From Gammaproteobacteria bacterium (lineage in GTDB: Bacteria; Pseudomonadota; Gammaproteobacteria; JBCCGL01), in NCBI GenBank assembly GCA_965277715.1, contig OZ255836.1, positions 960,001 to 1,024,000 of the forward strand: a DNA stretch of 64,000 nucleotides. The letters run 5' to 3'. The notes under the pieces are model-generated. The model saw nothing but the letters and a program-made list of their open reading frames with translations. It was not told the origin of the DNA and ran no database searches. A program made the position numbers and the translations under genes. This document shows, in pieces, positions 11,901 to 21,460 of this stretch. Every line of letters starts with the position of its first letter. Position 1 is the first letter of the stretch.

Positions 11901-12731
11901 CTAATCCGTGGACATTTGCATATCGCGCTCACGCAGTCGCTGTTGGCGTATTAGTAACCACCCGGCCAGTAGCACGCCGATTGCGACGATTACGATGATG
12001 ATGGTTGCCAGCGCATTGATATCCGGTCTTAACCCCAAACGCACGCGTGAATAGATCAATATGGGTAAGGTGTTAGACCCTGGCCCGGAGACGAAGCTGG
12101 CGATAATCAAGTCGTCCAGTGACAGTGTAAAAGCAAGTAACCAACCCGCGAGCATGCCCGGTGCGAGCAGTGGCAGGGTGATGTCGGTCAGTACACGAAA
12201 AGGTCTGGCGCCGAGGTCCAGGGCGGCCTCTTCCAGTGTTACCCCCATGCCCGCGAGCCGGGATTGGATAATGACGGCAACGTAGGCCATTGAAAAAGTG
12301 ATGTGCGCGATGGTGATGGTGGTAAACCCCCGAGTGGGCCAGCCGAATATGTTATTTGAGGCGATAAACAGTAGCAGCAGTGATAAGCCGGTGATGACCT
12401 CAGGCATAACCAGCGGCGCGGTAATCATGCCGGTAAACAGTGTGCGGCCTTTGAATTGCCCAAAACGCACCAGTGCAATGCCCGCCAGTGTGCCTAAGAG
12501 CGTGGCAAATGTGGCGTTTACCAGTGCAATTTGCAGGCTGAGCGTGGTGGCGGCCCACACTTCTTCACTGGCGAATAACACACTATACCAACGGGTGGAA
12601 AAACCGCCCCAGACCGGCACCAATTTCGAATAATTAAACGAATAGACCACCAGTGAGATCATTGGTATGTATAAAAACGCCATGCCAAAACACAGCATGG
12701 AAAACAAAAATGTTGAGCGCTTTTTCTGCAT
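11901..12731 (-). CDS. potI: Polyamine ABC transporter permease (PotI/PotC)
   Basis: EEAALDLGA EAA loop, AFTLSLDD, PDINALAT. Confidence 0.88.
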   Translation of the reverse strand: MQKKRSTFLFSMLCFGMAFLYIPMISLVVYSFNYSKLVPVWGGFSTRWYSVLFASEEVWAATTLSLQIALVNATFATLLGTLAGIALVRFGQFKGRTLFTGMITAPLVMPEVITGLSLLLLFIASNNIFGWPTRGFTTITIAHITFSMAYVAVIIQSRLAGMGVTLEEAALDLGARPFRVLTDITLPLLAPGMLAGWLLAFTLSLDDLIIASFVSGPGSNTLPILIYSRVRLGLRPDINALATIIIVIVAIGVLLAGWLLIRQQRLRERDMQMSTD

Positions 12732-12737
12732 GACCGG

Positions 12738-13694
12738 TTAAATTTCCTTTGCCTGAACGCGTTGGTAGAGCATCATCGGCAGTACCAGAACAATAAGCAG
12801 TACCACGGCCACCGCCGAGGCCACCGGCCAGTCGTGATTGGCGTTAAACTCACTCGACAATACCCGGCCAATCATCAACACATTGCCACCCCCCAATAAA
12901 TCGGGAATAACGAACTCCCCGGTTGCGGGGATAAAGACCAGTAGAGAGCCGGCAATAATGCCGGGTACTGTCAATGGCAGGGTCACGGTTAAAAATACAC
13001 CGATAGGTTTTGCACCGAGATCAGCCGCTGCCTCGTGCAGCGTTATATCCAGTTTTTCCATGTTGGCGTAGAGGGGCAGAATCATAAACGGCAGATAGGA
13101 GTAGACGATACCCACATAAACAGCGAACTGTGAGTAGAGCAGGCGGATTGGCTGGTCGATAACACCGAGCCACATTAAGAAACTGTTGATGGTGCCCTGA
13201 TCTGCCAATAACCCTATCCAGGCGTAAACACGCAGTAGGAAGGATGTCCAGAAAGGCAGGATGACCATCAGTAATAAAATATTTTTGGTTACGCTGTCGG
13301 CACGGGTAATCGCGTAGGCGATGGGGTAGCCGATTAACAGGCAAATCAGGGTCGAAATGGAGGCAATTTTTATCGAGTTCAGGTAGGTGTCGACATAGAG
13401 TTCGTCTTCCCACAGGTAGGCGAAATTATCAAAAATCAGCGTAATTGAGAGCCGACCTTCTTCGATCCATTCCAGCATTGATGAATACGGTGGGCTGGCA
13501 ATCAGCGATTCAGCCAGGCTTATTTTTAATACAATAAAAAAAGGCGCTAAAAAAAATAACAGCAACCAGATAAATGGAATGGCAATAATAATGCTCTGCC
13601 ACCGCCTTTGCAGCAGATTGCCGAATCGTTGCAGCGGTAACAGCAACGGGGGGTTGGTCGGCGCTATACCTGGGGAGTGTGGCAGCCGGGTCAT
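12738..13694 (-). CDS. potH: Polyamine ABC transporter permease (PotH/PotB)
   Basis: LPFWTSFLLRVYAW, EAAADLGA, GEFVIPDLLGG. Confidence 0.88.
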   Translation of the reverse strand: MTRLPHSPGIAPTNPPLLLPLQRFGNLLQRRWQSIIIAIPFIWLLLFFLAPFFIVLKISLAESLIASPPYSSMLEWIEEGRLSITLIFDNFAYLWEDELYVDTYLNSIKIASISTLICLLIGYPIAYAITRADSVTKNILLLMVILPFWTSFLLRVYAWIGLLADQGTINSFLMWLGVIDQPIRLLYSQFAVYVGIVYSYLPFMILPLYANMEKLDITLHEAAADLGAKPIGVFLTVTLPLTVPGIIAGSLLVFIPATGEFVIPDLLGGGNVLMIGRVLSSEFNANHDWPVASAVAVVLLIVLVLPMMLYQRVQAKEI

Positions 13695-14836
13695 TGCGTT
13701 AACACAATGCTGCTGGTGCTGTCCCAGCTCAGGTACACTTCGTCATCCCAGTCGAATGTGCGCTGGCCGCTTCTTGGCCGCACCTGGTTGGGCGAGCTAA
13801 CCTCGATAATCTCGCCGTTAGCTGTTTGCACGCGGTAAGTGGACAATTTACCTAAATAGCCAATATCGTGAATAACGCCTTTGAGATAATTACTTTGCTG
13901 GTTGGGCGGGGTTTTCGATAGGGTGATTTTTTCAGGCCGCACAGCGACCCAGATATTGCTGCCTGGCTTAACGGGCGCACTGTGATCGGCTGTAATAGTA
14001 ATGTCATGTTGGGTGCTGTGTACCACTACTGTATGGTCGTCATTCCCCTCAACCACTTTGCCTGCAAATAGGTTGACCGAGCCAATAAAGTTGGCAACCA
14101 GGCGGGTATCCGGGGATTCGTAAATATCGGTGGGTGTGCCTGTTTGTATAAATTTGCCTGCGTCCATCACTGCGATGCGGGTTGATAGTGTCATTGCCTC
14201 CTCCTGGTCATGGGTGACGACGACAAATGTAATGCCCAGCTGATCCTGAATATTCATTAATTCAAATTGGGTTTGTTCACGCAGGCGCTTGTCGAGGGCG
14301 CCGAGTGGTTCATCCAGTAATAATACCTTTGGGCGCTTTACCAGTGCCCGTGCCAACGCCACTCTTTGCCGCTGCCCGCCTGAGAGTTGGTGCGGCTTAC
14401 GTTTGGAAAAGTCAGACAACTCGACCATTGCCAGTATTTCATCGACACGGCGGCTGATTTCCCGCTTGTCGATACCATCGCACTTTAATCCGTAAGCGAC
14501 GTTTTGCATCACTGTCATATGTGGAAACAGTGCGTAAGACTGAAACATCATATTGACAGGCCGCTGGTAGGGCGGGATATCGGTCATATCAATACCATCG
14601 ATAAACAGTGTGCCGGATGAGGGCATTTCAAACCCGGCCAACATCCGTAGTAGCGTTGTTTTACCACAACCGGAACCACCCAAAAGTGAAAACAGCTCAC
14701 CCTTGTAGATATCCAGATCGACATTGTCAACGGCGGTAAATGTACCGAACTGTTTGCTGATACCGCGCAGTTTGATAAAGGGTTGCGCTTCGGTATCCAG
14801 CCACGGGCGGTCGGTGAAATCTGTCTCTTCAGGCAT
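13691..14836 (-). CDS. potG: Polyamine ABC transporter ATP-binding protein (PotG/PotA)
   Basis: GGSGCGKTT, LSGGQRQR, LLLDEPLGALD, VTHDQEEA, TOBE-type C-terminus. Confidence 0.9.
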   Translation of the reverse strand: MPEETDFTDRPWLDTEAQPFIKLRGISKQFGTFTAVDNVDLDIYKGELFSLLGGSGCGKTTLLRMLAGFEMPSSGTLFIDGIDMTDIPPYQRPVNMMFQSYALFPHMTVMQNVAYGLKCDGIDKREISRRVDEILAMVELSDFSKRKPHQLSGGQRQRVALARALVKRPKVLLLDEPLGALDKRLREQTQFELMNIQDQLGITFVVVTHDQEEAMTLSTRIAVMDAGKFIQTGTPTDIYESPDTRLVANFIGSVNLFAGKVVEGNDDHTVVVHSTQHDITITADHSAPVKPGSNIWVAVRPEKITLSKTPPNQQSNYLKGVIHDIGYLGKLSTYRVQTANGEIIEVSSPNQVRPRSGQRTFDWDDEVYLSWDSTSSIVLTQ

Positions 14837-14870
14837 GGGGTGATTCTACGTTGAGGGTGTGCTTATGTGA

Positions 14871-14901
14871 ATGGGCGCCGCCTGTTACTTGCGGCACCCA
14901 T
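14871..14901 (-). other. Stem-loop downstream of the polyamine-binding protein gene
   Basis: atgggtgccgc / gcggcgcccat 11-bp arms on the - strand with one G-U pair. Confidence 0.5.
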
Positions 14902-14913
14902 AACCCAATGGTC

Positions 14914-16026
14914 TTAATTGCCAGACTTGAAGCGGGTCCAGGCGCGCGTGCGGACGCGCTCTACTTTGGGGGGAACGACAGCCAGGGTATACATATCGTT
15001 GACCTGCTCCTGTGACGGATAAGCCGCCGGACTGCCTGTTACGGCGGGGTCGACCATATCGAATGCGTCTTTATTGCCATTCGCGTACCAGGTGTAGTTA
15101 CTGTCGGCAGCGGCCACTTCAGGGCGCATCATATAGTTGAGAAACAGATGGGCGTTTTCAACATTTTTGGCATCGGCAGGAATCACCCAGCCATCGACCC
15201 AGACATTGGCTTTTCCCTGGCCTGGCGGGGAGTAGAAGTCTAATACGACACCGGTATTGGCTTCCGCAGCGCCAGACATTGCCAGCAGGCCATCCGGTCC
15301 CCAGGTGACCGATACGCAAAATTCTTTTTCCGGCATTCTTTGGTAGGCGTAATTATCAAACGTTTTTATGTAAGGGCGGATTTTTGCCAACATCTCTGTG
15401 GCCTTATCGTAATCCGCTTTGTTGGTGGAACTGGGGTCTAATCCCAGGTGTGCCAGCGCCATTGGGATAATATCCGTGGGGGAGTCGAGAAAGGACACTC
15501 CACATTTGGCCAGCTTTTCCATATGTTCCGGGTTGAAAATCATATCCATTGAACCTATCGGTGCGCCCGGATGAGTGGCTTTAACCAGCGCTTCGTTATA
15601 AGTGACACCGTGGGTGCCCCACATAAACGGCACGATATACTGGTTGTCGGGGTCCCAATTGGCAGATAGCTGGGAGAGTACGTCAGCACGTAAGTGTTTC
15701 CAGTTGGGCAGTTTCGATTTATCCAGTTTCAGCAGAATATCGGCGGGAACCAGTCGGCCAATTAAACTGCCTGAATGGCTGACGACATCGTAGCCGGAGT
15801 TACCGGCGAGCAGTTTCGCATCTGCCGCTTCTGCCGAGTCGTAGTGGTCGTAGGTGACCTTTATATCGAATTCTTTCTCAAAGTTGGCGATAGTGTCTTC
15901 ACCGATATACTCGGCCCAGTTGTAGACGTTCAACACGCCAGCCGCGTTGGCACTGGATACTGCTAACAACAAGGCGGCAGAGACTCCCAGACCGGTACTT
16001 CTTATAAACTTGCCAATGGGTTTCAT
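14914..16026 (-). CDS. potF: Polyamine ABC transporter substrate-binding protein (PotF/PotD)
   Basis: LNVYNWAEYI, PFMWGT, NAHLFLNYMMRPEVAA; start at MKPIGK (16026) with GGAGG RBS and signal peptide. Confidence 0.88.
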   Translation of the reverse strand: MKPIGKFIRSTGLGVSAALLLAVSSANAAGVLNVYNWAEYIGEDTIANFEKEFDIKVTYDHYDSAEAADAKLLAGNSGYDVVSHSGSLIGRLVPADILLKLDKSKLPNWKHLRADVLSQLSANWDPDNQYIVPFMWGTHGVTYNEALVKATHPGAPIGSMDMIFNPEHMEKLAKCGVSFLDSPTDIIPMALAHLGLDPSSTNKADYDKATEMLAKIRPYIKTFDNYAYQRMPEKEFCVSVTWGPDGLLAMSGAAEANTGVVLDFYSPPGQGKANVWVDGWVIPADAKNVENAHLFLNYMMRPEVAAADSNYTWYANGNKDAFDMVDPAVTGSPAAYPSQEQVNDMYTLAVVPPKVERVRTRAWTRFKSGN

Positions 16027-16238
16027 GTGTTTCCTCCAAGCAAAAAATAAAGTCAAAGTATTGTTATAAAACAAGCAGATCCCCAGCAACTGGGTACCTG
16101 CTGTATTCCTATTATTCACTACCTGGACAAGCTAAACCAGTGCGGATGTGATTTATCACCCTGATCTTGCCTATCCATATCACGGCCATGTTATTGTAAG
16201 ACCAGTATTTACCCCACCAAAACACACAAGAGAGCCTC

Positions 16239-17618
16239 ATGAGTAACTCCACAGCCACCATTCAGCAGCAGGATAACCAATTCATTCACCCCTGGGATAA
16301 TATGAACAAGCTAGGGGACAACCACCGTACCGTACTGGAACGTGGCGAAGGGGTCTATGTACATGATAGCGACGGCAATCGCCTGATCGATGGCCCCGGT
16401 GGTATGTGGTGCGTGAATATTGGCCACGGGCGCGAGGAGATGGCTAAAGCAATCTATGACCAGATTATGAAGTTGCCGTACACTTCGCCGTGGTCTTTGA
16501 CCACGGGGCCGGCAGCGGAATTCAGCCAGGCGATTGCCGCTGAGGCTCCTGGCGATCTCAACAGCGTATTTTTTACCACCTGTGGCTCCACGGCAGTTGA
16601 TTCGGCGTTGCGGTTTGTGCAGTTTTATAACAACTATCGCGGCAAACCGGGTAAAAAACACATCATTGCCCGCACCAAAGGCTACCACGGCAGTACCTAC
16701 CTTTCGGCGAGTGTCTCGGGCAAGGAACGCGATAAAAACAACCTCGACTTCGCCGATCATCTGGTGCACCACATTCCCGCTCCACACCCGTTTTTAAAAC
16801 CAGAAGGGATGAGTGAGGCTGACTTTCTCGACCAATGCGTCAACGACCTGGAGAATAAAATTCTGGAAATTGGCGAGGATAAAGCCGCCGTATTTGTCGC
16901 CGAACCGATTCTCGCCTCTGGTGGTGTGATCATTCCGCCGCAGGGGTATCACCAAGGCTGCCTGGCGGTGTGCCGGAAGTATGATGTCTTATATCTATCG
17001 GACGAAGTAGTGACCTCATTCGGTCGGCTCGGCCATGTATTTGCCTCTGAGGCCGTGTTTGGCATTGTCCCGGATATTATTACCACCGCGAAGGGCCTGA
17101 CCTCCGCCTATGTGCCGATGGGGGCATTTCTGGTATCTGACCGGCTGCTTAACGAATTTGAAGACAGCCGTGACAGCACCGCTGTTTTTTCGAACGGTTT
17201 CACCTACTCCGGGCACCCGGTTGCCGCTGTCGCGGGGTTAAAAAACCTGGAAATTATGAAACGCGAAAAACTTTTTGAGCATGTGCGCGAGGTGGGGCCG
17301 TATTTGCAGGCGCAACTGCAAACCCTGCGCGATATTCCCATTGTGTGTGATGTGCGTGGTATTGGTTTGATGGGGTGTGTGGAATGTCAGTTAAAACAGG
17401 GGGCAGATGACCTGGCGATGGATTATGAAATCGGTAACCGCATCGATAAACACTGCCAGTCGATGGGGCTTATTGTGCGGCCTATTATCAATATGTGTGT
17501 AATGTCACCACCGCTTACCATCAGCCGGGAACAGATCGACGATATGGTGGCAATACTACGTAAAGGCGTGGAAATGGCGATGCAGGAGTGTATCGATGAA
17601 GGGATTTGGACGCCTTAA
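16239..17618 (+). CDS. Class III (omega-amine) PLP aminotransferase
   Basis: GMWCVNIGHG, YHGST, DEVVTSFGRLG, TAKGLTS (PLP lysine), GFTYSGHP. Confidence 0.92.
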   Translation: MSNSTATIQQQDNQFIHPWDNMNKLGDNHRTVLERGEGVYVHDSDGNRLIDGPGGMWCVNIGHGREEMAKAIYDQIMKLPYTSPWSLTTGPAAEFSQAIAAEAPGDLNSVFFTTCGSTAVDSALRFVQFYNNYRGKPGKKHIIARTKGYHGSTYLSASVSGKERDKNNLDFADHLVHHIPAPHPFLKPEGMSEADFLDQCVNDLENKILEIGEDKAAVFVAEPILASGGVIIPPQGYHQGCLAVCRKYDVLYLSDEVVTSFGRLGHVFASEAVFGIVPDIITTAKGLTSAYVPMGAFLVSDRLLNEFEDSRDSTAVFSNGFTYSGHPVAAVAGLKNLEIMKREKLFEHVREVGPYLQAQLQTLRDIPIVCDVRGIGLMGCVECQLKQGADDLAMDYEIGNRIDKHCQSMGLIVRPIINMCVMSPPLTISREQIDDMVAILRKGVEMAMQECIDEGIWTP

Positions 17619-17814
17619 GAATTGAAGAGGGCAGGGGTATTATTTAATTTATGCTGCATTTATTTTGGTGAAAAAGAAATTTTTCAACGACTTGAACAGT
17701 GCCCCAGCGGGTGAAAGACCAATTGACGGTATTGGTATTGAGGCGCTCAGCCTTGATATAATTCTACTATACGTTTTACTCACCCTAAAAAATCAGGACT
17801 TGGCATTTAAGCTT

Positions 17815-18609
17815 ATGGTATTGCAAACTTTTAACGCCGATGTAGAAACCGGCGCCGTTGTCACAGCAATTAAGCGTGATGGTGGCGCCATCATTGCACA
17901 ACAGGTTGGTGCGCAGACGGTAGATAATGTTGTCGGTGAGTTACGACCACATTTTGATCGGCAGGGCCGCGATTTTCAAAATGACTTTAACGGTTATACC
18001 ACGCTACGTTTGGGTGCGATTTTGAGTATCTCGCGCAGTGCGGCAGACCTCATCGCGCACCCACGTGTTATGGCGGTTGCTGATGCTGTACTGCGACCAC
18101 ATTGCGCCAATTACCGGATTGGCAGTTGCACCGCGATAGAGATTCACCCAGGCGAGAAGAATCAAACACTACACCGGGATGATGATTTCTATCCAATGCG
18201 TATCCCCGATGTGGAGTTTCAATTTAGCGCAATGTGGGCGCTGGATGATTTTACCTGTGAAAACGGGGCGACCCGAGTGGCATTGGGGAGCCATGGCCAC
18301 CTTGATATGCCGACGGTTGAAGCGGGTGATATTGTTCAGGCGGTAATGCCGAAAGGTTCGGTGCTGTTTTATTTAGGGTCAACCGTGCACGGTGGTGGGG
18401 CTAACCAGGCGGATACTCCCCGGGCAGGTTTGATTAATACCTACAGTCTTGGTTGGTTGCGCCAGGAGGAAAACCAATACCTAACAGTGCCCAGGGCTGT
18501 GGCGGATAGCTATCCAGAGGTAGTGCGTCGGCTGATGGGGTATCAGACACACGGAGATTATTTAGGTGTGTATCCAGGCGATCCTGATGGGCGGTGGTTT
18601 GGTTCTTAA
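17815..18609 (+). CDS. Phytanoyl-CoA dioxygenase (PhyH) family Fe(II)/2-oxoglutarate dioxygenase
   Basis: LHRDD (HxD), [21 protein letters not shown]; ATG 17815 preferred as start. Confidence 0.88.
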   Translation: MVLQTFNADVETGAVVTAIKRDGGAIIAQQVGAQTVDNVVGELRPHFDRQGRDFQNDFNGYTTLRLGAILSISRSAADLIAHPRVMAVADAVLRPHCANYRIGSCTAIEIHPGEKNQTLHRDDDFYPMRIPDVEFQFSAMWALDDFTCENGATRVALGSHGHLDMPTVEAGDIVQAVMPKGSVLFYLGSTVHGGGANQADTPRAGLINTYSLGWLRQEENQYLTVPRAVADSYPEVVRRLMGYQTHGDYLGVYPGDPDGRWFGS

Positions 18610-18758
18610 TGCGGTTTGGTTCTTAGAATAATCATATCTTTCACCCGCCCGGTAGGGGTATGTTGAGGATACGTGTAATTTGTTATCACATGGCCCATCA
18701 AGCCGCCACGATTGGCAATTCCGGCTGTAATGCTGGTGGTTCGTCATCCATGAAGAGT

Positions 18759-20009
18759 TTAAATATGTGCAGTGCCCCACCCCTCAAAACAAAACGGATT
18801 AAACACCACCCGCTCCCACAACCGCTCCCGCTCCACAACCCCCAGCTCAGCCAAATCACAAACCTCAGCCCAGCTACTCTCAATCATAGCCACCTGCCGC
18901 TCAATCAACGCCCGCGCCTCAGCCTCAGACAACATAAACGCCCCACAAACCGACAACACATTCGCCAGCGTCGATAAATTCCCCTGTGCCCCGCCAATCT
19001 GCATCGCCTGCGCCGCTTCCCGCCCACTGCGCATCTGTGGACAAAGATCATAAGCAGGTGTCAGCGCCAAATCCTGCCCATCCCAAAACGCCGAATGATT
19101 CCGCGCATGATCATCCGTATTCCCAACCAACACATTAAACACCAACCGCGCATACAACTGATGCAATTCCCGCACGGGTTCCGCAAACGCCTTACGAATC
19201 AGGTCAGCCAAATCACGGTAACTGGCATAACGCGCTTCCATTTCATTCAACCCCAGCAAACTCAAACCACTGAGTAACATGCAACGCTGAATCGAATCAG
19301 CCTGATATGAACGGTCAAAACGTTCCACCAGCAACACATCCTTTCCCGCCACAGACACCAAACGCGTATCAGCAACCCGCAACCCGGCCTTCGCTGCCAG
19401 CTGCATAGCGATATATTCCGCCTTAACAATGTCGTAGCTGTCAGTCGAAGAACTGAACTTAGCAATATAAGCACGCCCATGATCATGCACCAGTGCTTTA
19501 GGCCTTGCCCCGCCGACGCTGGTGCCATGCAGCAAAGCCATATCCAAATCCGCAGGCAGGGGTTTACGCCGATCCACCAGATCGGCTGCCTGCAATAAAT
19601 CCTGTAGCTTCGTCTGTTCAACGTGCCGTGGTTGGTATTCAGTGTTGCTTAGCTGAAAATCTAATGCGCCGATGCGGTCACTACCCGATAGCAACAAATA
19701 ATCCAGCTCGCCAGGCATAAAATCGGGGAAACGATAAGCAACAACCCGTCGCCCCCAGGCGTCAGGTGCAGCATCACGTAAACAGGAATGCAGGGTGTTC
19801 AAACCTTCCGGCTGGAAAGTGCCTGCTTGCAATGGCAGCTCAAAAGGTGAAAACGCAATTGCATCATCACGCTCACGGTAGCTGCGACCATAGGTGAAAT
19901 GATGCAAATTACCCTGCTGACGGATACGCCCGGCAACAACTGGTTCGTCGGTATTGGGCAGCCAAACCCAAACAAAAGCCTGCTCAGCCTGCGCCAATTT
20001 AGAAGTCAT
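18759..20009 (-). CDS. hipA: HipA-family kinase toxin
   Basis: N-terminal HipA-couple region (DAAPDAWGR, DRIGALDF), P-loop GTSVGGARPK, GNTDDHARN, LTPAYD. Confidence 0.92.
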   Translation of the reverse strand: MTSKLAQAEQAFVWVWLPNTDEPVVAGRIRQQGNLHHFTYGRSYRERDDAIAFSPFELPLQAGTFQPEGLNTLHSCLRDAAPDAWGRRVVAYRFPDFMPGELDYLLLSGSDRIGALDFQLSNTEYQPRHVEQTKLQDLLQAADLVDRRKPLPADLDMALLHGTSVGGARPKALVHDHGRAYIAKFSSSTDSYDIVKAEYIAMQLAAKAGLRVADTRLVSVAGKDVLLVERFDRSYQADSIQRCMLLSGLSLLGLNEMEARYASYRDLADLIRKAFAEPVRELHQLYARLVFNVLVGNTDDHARNHSAFWDGQDLALTPAYDLCPQMRSGREAAQAMQIGGAQGNLSTLANVLSVCGAFMLSEAEARALIERQVAMIESSWAEVCDLAELGVVERERLWERVVFNPFCFEGWGTAHI

Positions 20010-20334
20010 CGTCTAACTCAACTTTTTGGGTGCGCGTCCGTTCGGGCAATAAACTGGCTAAGCCAGCAACCACTGTAGAAAGTTGTTGTAAACCCTGCTT
20101 ACTCTCCGCCAACAATGGGATACCGACAACCTGCGCCGCTTCAAAGAAAGTCCCAATGGAAACCTTGCTATCTCCCTGTTCAATCGCACTAATCGTCTGG
20201 CGACTAACGCCAACCCTTTCTGCGAGTGATTGCTGTGACATCTTACGTTCACAGCGAGCGACCTGAATCATTTCACCGAAAATATGGAGCACCTTTTCAG
20301 TGTGAAGTGATAAATTGGATGGTGTTTTTGACAT
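19999..20334 (-). CDS. hipB: Xre/HipB-type HTH antitoxin
   Basis: MSQQSLAERVGVSRQTISAIEQG HTH; overlaps hipA start. Confidence 0.85.
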   Translation of the reverse strand: MSKTPSNLSLHTEKVLHIFGEMIQVARCERKMSQQSLAERVGVSRQTISAIEQGDSKVSIGTFFEAAQVVGIPLLAESKQGLQQLSTVVAGLASLLPERTRTQKVELDDDF

Positions 20335-20342
20335 TTAAAATT

Positions 20343-20361
20343 CACTAAAAACAATTTAGTG
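20343..20361. promoter_or_regulatory. Probable hipBA autoregulatory operator
   Basis: Perfect inverted repeat CACTAAA-N5-TTTAGTG immediately upstream of the hipB start. Confidence 0.5.
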
Positions 20362-20371
20362 TTAATTATAG

Positions 20372-20758
20372 CATGCATTTTGTGATCTGGATCGTACCTT
20401 GTTGGCGCTATATAACGCGGCGCGTCCACCAGTGGCTAAAAGCGTGGCGATTGCCATGCACACCTATTTTTCCTCGCGCTGGCTGTCACCGCGTCTGACC
20501 GGGTTTATGGTCGATAACCCGGAGATTGCGCTGCGGATTCAACCAATAAATGCGGCGGTAGATTTAGAGGGGCGCGATGTTGATCTGGCTGCGGTGATAG
20601 ACGGGCAGGGGATTGCGCTGTGGGATGGGTTGGTGCAGAAGGAAATTGCTGAAGGGCTGCTGTGTTTTGTATCGGAGAAGGGGCTGCCGGACAGCGGGTT
20701 TTATCTGGTGCCCGGTAAGGACAGACTTAGCTGGGCAGCGTTGAAGTTTGAGAAGTGA
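20372..20758 (+). pseudogene. LysR (GcvA-like) regulator remnant
   Basis: YFSSRWLSPRLTGF..DVDLA fused directly to AVIDGQGIAL; no HTH domain; stop at KFEK*LLA where WLL is expected. Confidence 0.8.
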
Positions 20759-20942
20759 TTGTTAGCGGCGGTTGAGACTGATGTTACAAAGCCTGGCAGG
20801 TTTTTCCCTCCAGATAATTGCCGATGCGTTAATAGTGAAAGCCTGAATACACTGCGATAGCTTTTGCGATACAATCCACGCCTTCCGAAAGCTTATCCAA
20901 TACCAGCCCATCGTTCCGGGTTGGGAATACAACACTGACTCT

Positions 20943-21446
20943 ATGATGCGCTGCCCATTCTGCTCTGCACAAGACACCAAAGTTATCGATTCCCGGTTGG
21001 CTGGCGACAGCGATCAAATTCGCCGCCGCCGTGAATGCGTTAGCTGTACCGAGCGCTTTACCACTTATGAAACAGCAGAGCTGAACCTACCTAATGTAGT
21101 AAAAAGTGATGGCAGCCGCGAGGCGTTTGCGGAGCAAAAATTGCGTGCAGGTATGCATAAATCACTGGAGAAACGCGCTGTTGCCGTCGATGATATCGAG
21201 TCGGCGATTAGCCGTATAAAGCACATGCTTTTCAGCAAAGGCGAGCGCGAAGTGCCCGCCCTGCAAATCGGTGAATGTGTTATGGACGAGCTGCGTAAAC
21301 TGGATCATGTCGCCTATTTGCGCTTCGCTTCGGTATACCTCAGTTTTGAAGATGTTGAGCAATTTCGTGAAGTAATCGACCGACTGCAACGCGAGCCAAG
21401 CCCGGAAGAGACCCGTGACCAGTTGCCCCTGCTCGATGAAAGCTAA
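20943..21446 (+). CDS. nrdR: Transcriptional repressor NrdR
   Basis: [25 protein letters not shown]; [10 protein letters not shown]. Confidence 0.97.
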   Translation: MMRCPFCSAQDTKVIDSRLAGDSDQIRRRRECVSCTERFTTYETAELNLPNVVKSDGSREAFAEQKLRAGMHKSLEKRAVAVDDIESAISRIKHMLFSKGEREVPALQIGECVMDELRKLDHVAYLRFASVYLSFEDVEQFREVIDRLQREPSPEETRDQLPLLDES

Positions 21447-21460
21447 TCACCCGATACACA

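Noticed and set aside
11735-11998. Short ORFs between AOR and potI, including a possible toxin-antitoxin remnant (QEIEQRRRK-stop overlapping MSKEKH on the - strand)
   Set aside because: Too short with no diagnostic motif; the + strand ORFs overlap potI
18660-18977. Pro/His-rich ORF on + and a short - strand ORF ending MDDEPPALQPELPIVAA
   Set aside because: Shadow frames of the skewed hipA 3' end; no recognisable family
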